Below, one piece after another: positions 9,230-18,616 of a DNA stretch of 32,375 nucleotides (position 1 is the first letter of the stretch; each line of letters begins with the position of its first letter). The DNA lies in assembly GCA_027056525.1 (NCBI GenBank), contig JALUKO010000128.1, forward strand, positions 1 through 32,375. The letters are read 5' to 3'. The notes beneath the pieces were generated by a model. It was not told where the DNA came from and ran no database searches. It saw only the letters and a program-made list of their open reading frames with translations. The position numbers and the translations under genes are program-made. The DNA is from Helicobacteraceae bacterium (GTDB lineage Bacteria; Campylobacterota; Campylobacteria; Campylobacterales; Sulfurimonadaceae).

Positions 9230-12200
9230 ATTTATACTACTTTGTGTTATTTTTATACTTCTTCAAAATGGACTTTATCTTGAAAATATATCGGTTGCAA
9301 ATGTCAAAATCAAGAAATTATACATAAAATGGAATGAAAAACTCAATATCTCAGTTGAAGAAACCTATATTATCAAAAAAAACAGCCAAACGACTACTTC
9401 CATAGAGTACAAAACAGTTAAAAAAATCTTCAAAGAACTAATGCTGTTTGATAACTGGTTTGAAAGTATAACGCTACACAAGATCACTTTTAACGATATA
9501 TCCGGAAGTTTTCGATATGCCTATGGTGAATCGGGTTATCTTATAGCATCATCGCCAGATTTTTCACTCAAAAGTACTCTATCTTATGATGCAAATTTTT
9601 TAAATATCAATATAAACAGTTTTAAAGACACTCAACGAAATATTGTCCTCAGTGGCAACATATTGATAAATACTCAGTATCCGGAAGTTATAACATCTCT
9701 CAATATAGATATCAATAATGATGCATCCCTTACTCTCTATGCCTATCTTAATCAAAAGAAAGTTTTTTATACACTGGAGTCTTTGAAAAACATTACAGAT
9801 ATACAACACATCATAAACCTTTTTGCTCTTGATGAAGCTGTTAAATACTGGGCATATGATGCCATTGATATGTCAAATGCGACACTCAAGAGTGCTCACG
9901 GGTGGCTGGAATATGAAAAGATAAATGAGGCGTATAAAAACATATATATAAAAGCGCTCGTCAATGACCTTAACTATACATATAATAAAGATGTTGATGC
10001 GATACACTCCAAATATACAATCTTGGAGTTTAAAAGAGGAATATTGTTTATTTATCCAAAAGAGGCATATACATATGATCTTTATTTGGACAGAAGCTGG
10101 CTCAAAATTGACTTTACACAAAAAGAGGAACTTTTAACTTTAGAACTTTTGTTTAAAGGTGTTGTCAACAAGGACCTTCTGCACCTGCTTAGTACATATC
10201 AGATAAACCTCCCCTTTGTGCAAAATACGGGAAGCGTTGATACAAGCTTAAAAATTCTCGTGAATTTAAGAACTATAGATGTTACAGCTAAGGGTGATTT
10301 TTTTACACAAAGTGCCAATTTTACTTACTTGGGACTTGATCTTGATATAAACAATGCCTATGTATCACTCAACAACTACGATGTTACTATTAAAGATATG
10401 TATGTCAAATATAAAGATATTATGAGCAGTACGGTAAATGTAACATTTGACGCAAAAAAATCTGCCGGAGTTATTGACTTTAACATTGAAGATATCTCCT
10501 TTAAAGAGCTCGATCTGCGCTTAGAGCCATACAACGAACCTTTACATGCAGTATATAGGATTGACAAAGGAAGCGACACCATTACGATTGATCGATCACA
10601 CTGGAAATTTAAAACCATAGATCTTAGCGTTGATCCAATGAATGTAAAATTTGATCTTGATACACTCAAAGCAGAGATCCCAGGCACTTATGTTCAGGCA
10701 AAAAATATGGGTTCAGCCTATGTTTCAGGGGATGCTCTTTTAAAGCCTCTTCATATCGATCTTGATGTTGATGTTTTAAAGTTTTCCCATAGCGGTATAA
10801 AACTTTCAGATACAAATGCTCCTTTAAAGTTTGTATATGACAAAAAGGTAATGATATCCTCAAAAAATGACACACGGTTTATGATAGACAATCTGGAGTA
10901 TATTCTTGAAAAAAGCACGCTTAGCATACAAAACAACCATCTCAATATAAAACAAAGTGCATTGCAAATCGGAAACATACTCAAAACAGATCTCAGTGGA
11001 GTCTATGATTTTAACAATGACACAAGCGCAATTTATTTAAATAATCTAAACATAGAAAATCAAAATCTGGGTGAGATCTTCTCAAACATCAACCAAACAA
11101 CACTGCAAATGCAATATAAAAATAAAAATCTAACACTCCATTCCAAAGAGTTCGATATAGATTATATACTCAATGACAAGTCATGGAAGTTACAATTCAA
11201 CTCTTTAAACACAATAGCCAAGCAGTCAAAGATTTTAAATGATTACAATCTGAGTGAGGGTAATTTTACACTCTATAAAAATGTATATAATGATCATATC
11301 CATTTTGATGCTGATATCATTTATCCTTATCATTTTCTTGTAGAAGATGATGAACCTCTCAAAGAATATCATATAAATGGAACGTATGGCAATACCATAA
11401 ACCTTACCGTAAACAACTCAGTTGATGTAAATATCAGCAAAAACATTCATATCTCTGCAAATAAGGTTGGAGTAAATATTAACGATGTCGTAAAATTTTT
11501 CAATGATAGAAACGGGACAAACTCTTCTAAATCAAAAAAACAAAATATTATTCTCAATGCGAAAAACAGCTATATATTTGTAAGCAAAAACAGACATATT
11601 ATCTCTGATACCATCGATCTTCAGTACTATAACAACATTACAACAGCTCAATTAAGATACAAAGAAGGGAGTGCCGGGTTTGAGCTGGAAAATGACACCT
11701 TCCATCTTCATGGAGATAAATTCAATGATACTTTTATGGAAAATCTTTTTGCCCTTTCCAAGTTTAAAAATGGCTCCTTGGCGTTTTCTATGCAAGGGAG
11801 TACTCAAGAGTATGAAGGTGTTTTTTATGTAACAGACACTATCATACTTGACTACAAGGTTTTAAACAATATTTTGGCATTTGTAAACACCATCCCCTCT
11901 TTAGTGACTTTTTCACTTCCAGGCTATAACACGCATGGTATGGCTGTAAAAGATGCATATATGCACTTTAAAGCTAAAAACAATGTGTTTGAGATCTCAG
12001 ATATATATATAGACTCAAAAGAACTTGATATACTCGGACGGGGAAGTGCAAACTTCAATACAAACACAATCGATCTACAGCTCAACCTCAAAACAGATCT
12101 TGGAAGCAGTATCTCAAAAATACCTGTTGTAGGCTACATTTTACTCGGTGATGATACAGTCTCAACTACGCTAAAGATCACAGGAGCACTAGAAAATCCT

Positions 12201-12299
12201 AAAGTAGAGTCATTGATTGCAGAAGATATTATTGTAGCTCCACTCAATATTATTAAACGAACCTTTTTGCTTCCTTACCACCTTATTACAGGTGAATAA
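9159..12299 (+). CDS. YhdP/AsmA-like protein (DUF3971 plus AsmA-like C-terminus), putative bridge-like lipid transfer protein
   Basis: 1046 aa with one N-terminal TM anchor, a long run of amphipathic beta-strand-like sequence, and a C-terminal SISKIPVVGYILLG...LKITGALENPKV typical of AsmA-like C-termini. Confidence 0.75.
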   Translation: MNDNIIINAISKIHFIIVSFLSFIFILLCVIFILLQNGLYLENISVANVKIKKLYIKWNEKLNISVEETYIIKKNSQTTTSIEYKTVKKIFKELMLFDNWFESITLHKITFNDISGSFRYAYGESGYLIASSPDFSLKSTLSYDANFLNININSFKDTQRNIVLSGNILINTQYPEVITSLNIDINNDASLTLYAYLNQKKVFYTLESLKNITDIQHIINLFALDEAVKYWAYDAIDMSNATLKSAHGWLEYEKINEAYKNIYIKALVNDLNYTYNKDVDAIHSKYTILEFKRGILFIYPKEAYTYDLYLDRSWLKIDFTQKEELLTLELLFKGVVNKDLLHLLSTYQINLPFVQNTGSVDTSLKILVNLRTIDVTAKGDFFTQSANFTYLGLDLDINNAYVSLNNYDVTIKDMYVKYKDIMSSTVNVTFDAKKSAGVIDFNIEDISFKELDLRLEPYNEPLHAVYRIDKGSDTITIDRSHWKFKTIDLSVDPMNVKFDLDTLKAEIPGTYVQAKNMGSAYVSGDALLKPLHIDLDVDVLKFSHSGIKLSDTNAPLKFVYDKKVMISSKNDTRFMIDNLEYILEKSTLSIQNNHLNIKQSALQIGNILKTDLSGVYDFNNDTSAIYLNNLNIENQNLGEIFSNINQTTLQMQYKNKNLTLHSKEFDIDYILNDKSWKLQFNSLNTIAKQSKILNDYNLSEGNFTLYKNVYNDHIHFDADIIYPYHFLVEDDEPLKEYHINGTYGNTINLTVNNSVDVNISKNIHISANKVGVNINDVVKFFNDRNGTNSSKSKKQNIILNAKNSYIFVSKNRHIISDTIDLQYYNNITTAQLRYKEGSAGFELENDTFHLHGDKFNDTFMENLFALSKFKNGSLAFSMQGSTQEYEGVFYVTDTIILDYKVLNNILAFVNTIPSLVTFSLPGYNTHGMAVKDAYMHFKAKNNVFEISDIYIDSKELDILGRGSANFNTNTIDLQLNLKTDLGSSISKIPVVGYILLGDDTVSTTLKITGALENPKVESLIAEDIIVAPLNIIKRTFLLPYHLITGE

Positions 12300-12308
12300 G
12301 AAGTTTTA

Positions 12309-13511
12309 CTATTCGTTTCTTAAAACGGTTAGTATATCTACTTCACTCGCTTTTTTTGCAGGATAATATGCTGAAGCGATGACAATGAGAAAAGCCCCCG
12401 TAATAATCAAAAAGAAATCCTGCATACTTAGATCAAGCGGTAAGGTTGTTGTAGGATATACATCTTTTGGAAGAGAGACTATATCAAAGGTGCTTAATAT
12501 CCAAAGACCACTCATACCAAAAAATATACCTGCGGCGATGCCACCGATACCAATCACAATACCCAGATACAAAAATACTTTTTTAATCTCAGCTGTTGTT
12601 GCACCTAAAGAGAGTAGTAGTGCTATTTCACTTCTCCTGTTCATAACTGTCATCAAAAGCGAGGAGATGATGTTAATGGCAGCAATAAGAATAATAAGCA
12701 TCAATACAATAAACAAAGAAGCTTTTTCAAGCTCAAGAGCCGCGAAGAAATTTACATTATCTTCCCACCATCCCTTTACCGTAACACTGATTGGAAGTTC
12801 TTTTTTGATCTTGAGCAGATCAGCTTCCGGATTTGCCGAATAGATATGGATACCGTCATACTGATTTGCAGGTATATTGAGTACCTTTTGTAAAGAGGTA
12901 ATGGTTGTATAGCTGTAGGCTTTATCATAGGCCGAGAGACCCGAATCAAAAAAACCTTTAATTTTAAAACGTTTTATCTTTGGAGTAACAGAGAGTCCAC
13001 CCGGCTCAACATGAGTAAAAATATACATAAGCTTGTCATCTATATAGAGATTGAACTCATCTTTGAGCGATTTGCCTACGAGCACATCAAACTTCCCAAT
13101 ATGGCGATCTGTAATCGCCTTGGCTACAATACTGTTCACCTTGGCTTCATCCTCAAGATTTACGCCAAAAAGATAACCCCCTTCGAGTTTAGTACCGCTT
13201 CTTGCCATAACAGAGGATTGTACATATGGACTAAATTGAAGCTCTGGAAATTTTATTTGTAAGTCTATAAGAAGATTGTCATTTACAGCACCGTAAAACT
13301 TTGGTATAACTGTTAAAGGGTAGTTCATAATTGTCAGTTTTTTCTTAAACTCTTTGTCAAAGCCATTCATAAGCGCCATGGCTATTATGAGAACCATAAC
13401 ACCCAAAGAGATTCCTAAAAAAGCTAAAAGAGCAGATAAAAAGATAAAAGGCTGTTCATTATCAAAGCGCAAAAAGCGCTTTACGAGATAAGGTACGAGT
13501 GACTGTTTCAA
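12309..13511 (-). CDS. Lipoprotein-releasing ABC transporter permease (LolC/LolE, probably single LolF type)
   Basis: [37 protein letters not shown]...VLRNE; TTG start overlapping the secA stop (TTGA). Confidence 0.9.
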   Translation of the reverse strand: MKQSLVPYLVKRFLRFDNEQPFIFLSALLAFLGISLGVMVLIIAMALMNGFDKEFKKKLTIMNYPLTVIPKFYGAVNDNLLIDLQIKFPELQFSPYVQSSVMARSGTKLEGGYLFGVNLEDEAKVNSIVAKAITDRHIGKFDVLVGKSLKDEFNLYIDDKLMYIFTHVEPGGLSVTPKIKRFKIKGFFDSGLSAYDKAYSYTTITSLQKVLNIPANQYDGIHIYSANPEADLLKIKKELPISVTVKGWWEDNVNFFAALELEKASLFIVLMLIILIAAINIISSLLMTVMNRRSEIALLLSLGATTAEIKKVFLYLGIVIGIGGIAAGIFFGMSGLWILSTFDIVSLPKDVYPTTTLPLDLSMQDFFLIITGAFLIVIASAYYPAKKASEVDILTVLRNE

Positions 13512-16090
13512 GAAGCAAAAACACCTTTTTTAGGTCCACTTTTTCCACAACACTGCTTGTATTTTTTACCACTTCCACAAGGACAAGGATCATTTCTTGC
13601 TATTTTTTTTGTAAGCATTGCTTCATCGATGTCATCATCATCTGCATGGTTTAATTTCATTGCTGCTTCATCAAGTTTTCTTTGCATCTCCATTTGTTCA
13701 GCCATTTTTCTAGCTTCCTCTTCCGGAGATTCCATTTGAAAACGGATAATCTGAAGTGTTCTGATGGTGTTAAATCTGATATCATTAACAAGCTCAGAGA
13801 AAAGGTTAAAACTCTCTTTTTTATATTCAACAAGAGGATCTTTTTGATTGTATGCACGTAAACGGATACCTGTTTTCATTGTATCCATAGCATACAAATG
13901 CTCACGCCAAGCACTGTCAAGCTCTTTAAGGTAGAGTTCTCTTTCGATCTCATGACGTACCTCTTCTTCAACAACACTCATTTTTTCATCATAAGAATCT
14001 TTAACGATTATTATTAACTTCTCAAGTAACTCTTCATAATCAAGACCACTCAATTCTTCAGAATCGATATCAAGATTCATCTGTTCTTTAACTACTTCAC
14101 ATACTTTCTTTATGTTGAAGTCCTCTTTCGTTCCACCATCGAAAATATCACAGTTGTTTAGCAAATTTTCTATATATTCAGCTCTGTTTTCTTCAATTTT
14201 GGCACCAATATCGTACTCTTTGTCTAAAAGTTGATTTCTAAATTTATAAATGATCTTTCTTTGTTCGTTAGCTACATCATCATATTCAACAATCTGCTTA
14301 CGCCCTTCATAGTGCATGTTCTCAACTTTTTTCTGAGCTTTTTCTACTGCACGTGTAACCATTTTTGATTCTATATATTCACCATCTTCAACACCAAGAC
14401 GTTCCATAATGGATTTGATCTTATCACTTCCAAAAATACGAAGAAGATTATCTTCAAGTGAAAGATAAAACTGTGTAGTACCTGGATCACCCTGACGACC
14501 TGAACGTCCACGTAATTGGTTATCTATACGACGGTTTTCGTGTCTTTCAGTTCCGACAATATAAAGCCCGCCAAGATCTCTTACTTCATCACTCACTTTT
14601 ATATCAACACCACGACCTGCCATGTTTGTGGCAATAGTAACAGCACCCTTGGCACCTGCATGTTTAATGATCTCACCCTCTTGCTCATGGTTTTTTGCAT
14701 TTAAAACCGTATGCGGGATCTTTTCACGTTTAAGTATCTCATGTAACACTTCTGATTTCTCAATTGAAGCTGTACCAATAAGTACAGGTTGCCCCGTTTT
14801 TGAAAGAGACTTTACAGTATCTATAACTGCCAAGAACTTTTCATCTTCTGTTTTATAGATCAGATCATTAAGATCTTGTCTCGCAATAGGGATATTTGTG
14901 GGAATAGAGATAACATCAAGATTATAGATCTGAGCGAACTCTGTTGCTTCTGTTTGAGCAGTACCGGTCATACCCGCTAGCTTATCATACATTCTAAAGT
15001 AGTTTTGGAAGGTGATATCTGCTAGAGTTTGCGTTTCCTCTTTTATCTCAACGCCCTCTTTTGCTTCTAGTGCCTGGTGAAGACCCTCAGAAAAACGGCG
15101 CCCCTCACTTAAACGCCCCGTAAACTCATCAACGATAACAATCTCGCCATTGTTTACAACATAGTCAATATCTATCTCAAAAAGATAGTTTGCTTTCAGC
15201 GCCTGATCAAGTGCATGTGGCAGTGAAGAGTTCTCAGGAGAGTAAAGGTTCTCAACACCAAAAAGCTCTTCCGCTTTTCTAATTCCCTCTTCTGTAATGA
15301 GGATCACTTTATCTTTTTCATCTACAGTAAAATGCTCATCTTTTGTCAGCTGCAGAGCAATTTTATTTGCATCAGCATAATCTTGCATTTTTCTGTTTGT
15401 GGGACCGGAAATAATAAGAGGAGTTCTCGCCTCATCAATCAAGATAGAGTCCACTTCATCAACGATGACAAAGTTATGGTTTCTTTGCACCATATTTTCA
15501 GCAGAGTAACTCATATTGTCTCTTAGATAATCAAAACCAAACTCATTGTTAGTTCCATACGTTATATCGGCAGCATAGGCTTCTTTTTTTGCTTGAATAT
15601 CTTCCATGTTGTCTGTAACGGTACCTATTGAGAATCCCAAAAAGTTATAAAGAACACCCATCTCTGTAGCATCTCTTTTTGCAAGGTAGTCATTTACTGT
15701 TACCAGGTGCACACCTTTGCCTGTCATTGCATTGAGTGCGATCGCAAGTGTTGCAACGAGTGTTTTACCCTCACCTGTTTTCATCTCTGCGATCCTGCCC
15801 TCATGCAGAACCATACCACCTATAAGCTGTACATCAAAGTGTCTCATCTCCAATACACGTTTACTAGCCTCTCTTGTTATTGCAAAAGAGTCTTCCAACA
15901 CTTCATCTAAAGTTTTTTCTTCATGTAACACACTGTCTTTTAATTCCAAAAATGAAGCTTTAAGTTCATCATCACTTAAAGCCTCATATTTGCTCTCAAG
16001 AGCGTTTATCTTTTTAACTCTTTTATAATACTTTTTTAACTCACGATCATTTGTAGTACCAAAAATTTTACCCATTAATGCTTGTAGCAT
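13508..16090 (-). CDS. secA: Preprotein translocase ATPase SecA
   Basis: [43 protein letters not shown]-terminal [18 protein letters not shown]. Start placed at 16090 ([11 protein letters not shown]) after an AAGG RBS rather than at 16165. Confidence 0.97.
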   Translation of the reverse strand: MLQALMGKIFGTTNDRELKKYYKRVKKINALESKYEALSDDELKASFLELKDSVLHEEKTLDEVLEDSFAITREASKRVLEMRHFDVQLIGGMVLHEGRIAEMKTGEGKTLVATLAIALNAMTGKGVHLVTVNDYLAKRDATEMGVLYNFLGFSIGTVTDNMEDIQAKKEAYAADITYGTNNEFGFDYLRDNMSYSAENMVQRNHNFVIVDEVDSILIDEARTPLIISGPTNRKMQDYADANKIALQLTKDEHFTVDEKDKVILITEEGIRKAEELFGVENLYSPENSSLPHALDQALKANYLFEIDIDYVVNNGEIVIVDEFTGRLSEGRRFSEGLHQALEAKEGVEIKEETQTLADITFQNYFRMYDKLAGMTGTAQTEATEFAQIYNLDVISIPTNIPIARQDLNDLIYKTEDEKFLAVIDTVKSLSKTGQPVLIGTASIEKSEVLHEILKREKIPHTVLNAKNHEQEGEIIKHAGAKGAVTIATNMAGRGVDIKVSDEVRDLGGLYIVGTERHENRRIDNQLRGRSGRQGDPGTTQFYLSLEDNLLRIFGSDKIKSIMERLGVEDGEYIESKMVTRAVEKAQKKVENMHYEGRKQIVEYDDVANEQRKIIYKFRNQLLDKEYDIGAKIEENRAEYIENLLNNCDIFDGGTKEDFNIKKVCEVVKEQMNLDIDSEELSGLDYEELLEKLIIIVKDSYDEKMSVVEEEVRHEIERELYLKELDSAWREHLYAMDTMKTGIRLRAYNQKDPLVEYKKESFNLFSELVNDIRFNTIRTLQIIRFQMESPEEEARKMAEQMEMQRKLDEAAMKLNHADDDDIDEAMLTKKIARNDPCPCGSGKKYKQCCGKSGPKKGVFAS

Positions 16091-16210
16091 TCTCAACCTT
16101 ATAGAATGGCACCGATTATAGAAGCTATAGGGCACCAAAGAAATATGCGCCATTCTATCATACAAAAAATAATAATTTGCATAAATTATAAAATATATAA
16201 AGGCTTCCTC

Positions 16211-16219
16211 TGTTATAAT
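16211..16219 (+). promoter_or_regulatory. Extended -10 promoter of lolA
   Basis: TGtTATAAT, then an AAAGGA RBS and the ATG at 16240. Confidence 0.65.
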
Positions 16220-16239
16220 TTCCGCCCAAAGGAAAATAA

Positions 16240-16755
16240 ATGAAATATATATTTACACTTCTGATATTATTTACGCAAATATTTGCATATATTGACTCTA
16301 TCAACTCTTTTGAAGCCGATTTTACACAAAGTGTTACAGATGAAAAAAAGAAGGTTTTAAGCTATAGCGGACATATCATAGCATCAAAGCCACAAAATGC
16401 ACTTTGGAAGTATAGTACACCTATAAAAAAAGAGATCTATATCAATGCTTTTAATGTTACCGTTATTGAACCAGAAATTGAACAGGTCATCATAAGAAAA
16501 CTTGAGTCAAACTTTGACCTTTTCAACATGATAAAAAATGCAAAACAGATAGACAAAGAAACATATAAAGCATTTTACAAAGATTCAGAGTTTATTATCA
16601 CTATAAAAAACGATATGATAGAGAGTATCTCTTATTTGGATGAGTTTGAGAATAGTGTAAAAATTGTTTTTACACATCAAAAACAAAATGAGGTGATTGA
16701 TCCGGAAGTTTTTATGCCAAAGATCCCTATAGATTTTGATGTGATTAGAGACTGA
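16240..16755 (+). CDS. lolA: Outer-membrane lipoprotein carrier LolA
   Basis: Signal peptide, [24 protein letters not shown]; divergent from secA and the Lol permease gene. Confidence 0.88.
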   Translation: MKYIFTLLILFTQIFAYIDSINSFEADFTQSVTDEKKKVLSYSGHIIASKPQNALWKYSTPIKKEIYINAFNVTVIEPEIEQVIIRKLESNFDLFNMIKNAKQIDKETYKAFYKDSEFIITIKNDMIESISYLDEFENSVKIVFTHQKQNEVIDPEVFMPKIPIDFDVIRD

Positions 16756-18501
16756 TTATTTAAGCTTTAAAGAGGGCTTACCCAAAAAGAACCCTTGTGA
16801 ATACTCTATCCCCAACTCTTTAATCGTATCATAGTCTTGCGGATTTTCCACATGCTCAGCAATGGTTTTCATCCCGCTTTTTTTTGCAAAGTCAACAATA
16901 CTTTGAACTATAATCTTATTAACTTCATTTTTTGCAATCCCCCGAATAAAACTTCCATCTATTTTAAGAAACTCAGCTTCAAGGTCAAACATACGGTTGT
17001 AAGTAGATTTATCTGAACCAAAATCATCTATGATAACATGAAAACCTTTCTCTTTTAAGGAAGTTATCTGTTCATCTATTTCAAGTGATTTTGAGAAAAT
17101 AATATCTTCAACTATCTCCAAATATACTCTATTTGGATCAATATTGTACTTCTCACATTTATATACTAAAAAAGATTCCAAATAAGACTCATGCAGATCA
17201 TGCATACTAATATTGAGTGAAAAATTATATTCATTGTCTTGAAAAACTTTAAAAGATTTATCTATCACCGTTCTTGTTATTTGTGTTATCAAACCAACCA
17301 GTCTCGCGCTGTGGATAAACTTGCTGGCATCAACGAGTTTGTTGTTATCATCCATAAGTCTGCACAACACTTCATAGTGCTTTATGCCGGAGTCGCTGTT
17401 GTTGATAATAGGTTGATAATAGGTAAAAATTTTATCATCATCAAAAGCTTTTTTTAATATTTCAATCCAATAAAGGCTCTCTTTTTGCTCTTTCATATAT
17501 TCGGACATCGGTGAGTATACGGTGATTTGGTTGCCACCAAAATATCTAGACTCTTTGGAAGCATATTTTGCATTAATAAAGAGCTGTTTTCCTTTTCCTC
17601 TGTCTATACCTATAGAAAAGACTACGCTATGAGAATAGGTATCAAACTCTACGGGAGCTTCTTTGAAAAGTGCCTGTATCTGTCTTGCCAGAAGTATATC
17701 CTGATCTTTTGCCGGATCATCCAAAAGTATAACAAACTCATCAGCAGTTATATGAAACACTTCAGCATTCTTTGGCAAAAAAAGACCGAGTCTTTTAGCA
17801 CACTCGATAAGAAGTTTGTTTGCCTTGGCCATGCCGTAAATGTTGTTGATAAAATCAAAATGATCTATATTAATATAGATAAGAGATTGAACATTATCGT
17901 CTATTGCACTGTTGAGAGCATATTTACTTGGTAGTTTTGTAAGTTCATGAATATTTCTGTTTATTTGTATGTTTTGTGTAAAAAGCTTGATTTTATCATT
18001 AAGTTTTTTTTCATTGACCATAAAGCGACCTATACGCTTTCTTTCATACATTAGATCCTGATTGAGCTTCTCAAGTTCAGGCTCCAAATAGTTCCTGTCA
18101 TGTAAAAGCTTTGAAGCTATAGAGATTATTTCATCTAAAAGTTCCGATGCGGTAAAAGGCTTTTGTATGACAGAAGAGATATTGCGTTTATATATATCTA
18201 TGATATCTTTTTGGCTTAACTCTTTTGTCGTAACTATGATATTTTGAAATGTATCGATACGATAAAGATTATCAAGAAGTTGATACACACTCATAACACT
18301 AGAAGCAGAGTCTATAATAATCAGATCATAGTTGTTTATTTTGGCATAAGAGAGCCCGACTGTAGCATTTTCAGCATCATCTACTCTTAAAAAAACTTGC
18401 TTTAAAACCTTGGTAACACTAGAGAGTACTTTGTAATCTTCATCAATATACAAAAGTGAAAGTTTGCTTGTTATAGGTATAATCTCTTTTAACTCTATCA
18501 T
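16756..18501 (-). CDS. Response-regulator receiver + degenerate GGDEF + EAL protein, probable c-di-GMP phosphodiesterase
   Basis: REC (LYIDED, LIIID, QKPF), GGDEF site reads TADEF, EAL domain with YYQPI, EVLCRL, LEIVE, IDDFG, LKIDGSF, AEHVE, QGF. The ATG at 18501 is 7 nt after GAGG; the TTG at 18504 is an alternative start. Confidence 0.88.
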   Translation of the reverse strand: MIELKEIIPITSKLSLLYIDEDYKVLSSVTKVLKQVFLRVDDAENATVGLSYAKINNYDLIIIDSASSVMSVYQLLDNLYRIDTFQNIIVTTKELSQKDIIDIYKRNISSVIQKPFTASELLDEIISIASKLLHDRNYLEPELEKLNQDLMYERKRIGRFMVNEKKLNDKIKLFTQNIQINRNIHELTKLPSKYALNSAIDDNVQSLIYINIDHFDFINNIYGMAKANKLLIECAKRLGLFLPKNAEVFHITADEFVILLDDPAKDQDILLARQIQALFKEAPVEFDTYSHSVVFSIGIDRGKGKQLFINAKYASKESRYFGGNQITVYSPMSEYMKEQKESLYWIEILKKAFDDDKIFTYYQPIINNSDSGIKHYEVLCRLMDDNNKLVDASKFIHSARLVGLITQITRTVIDKSFKVFQDNEYNFSLNISMHDLHESYLESFLVYKCEKYNIDPNRVYLEIVEDIIFSKSLEIDEQITSLKEKGFHVIIDDFGSDKSTYNRMFDLEAEFLKIDGSFIRGIAKNEVNKIIVQSIVDFAKKSGMKTIAEHVENPQDYDTIKELGIEYSQGFFLGKPSLKLK

Positions 18502-18582
18502 CAATCTTCCTCATGCTAAAGCTATTCTAGCGTAATAGAATTAAAAATGTTATAAAAAGTGGAGTTGTATGGAAGTTTAGGA

Positions 18583-18608
18583 GTAAAAAAGGAAAAATCC
18601 TTTTTTAC
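18583..18608 (-). terminator. Hairpin / probable terminator after acnB
   Basis: Perfect 11-bp inverted repeat GTAAAAAAGGA-aaaa-TCCTTTTTTAC, 8 bp after the acnB stop. Confidence 0.65.
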
Positions 18609-18616
18609 ATGGAAGA

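Noticed and set aside
16107-16122. Plus-strand TGGCAC as a sigma54 -24 box
   Set aside because: No GC at the -12 position.
16091-16165. 25-aa N-terminal extension of SecA in the ORF track
   Set aside because: No SD at 16165, it overlaps promoter-like elements, and SecA-like sequence begins at 16090.
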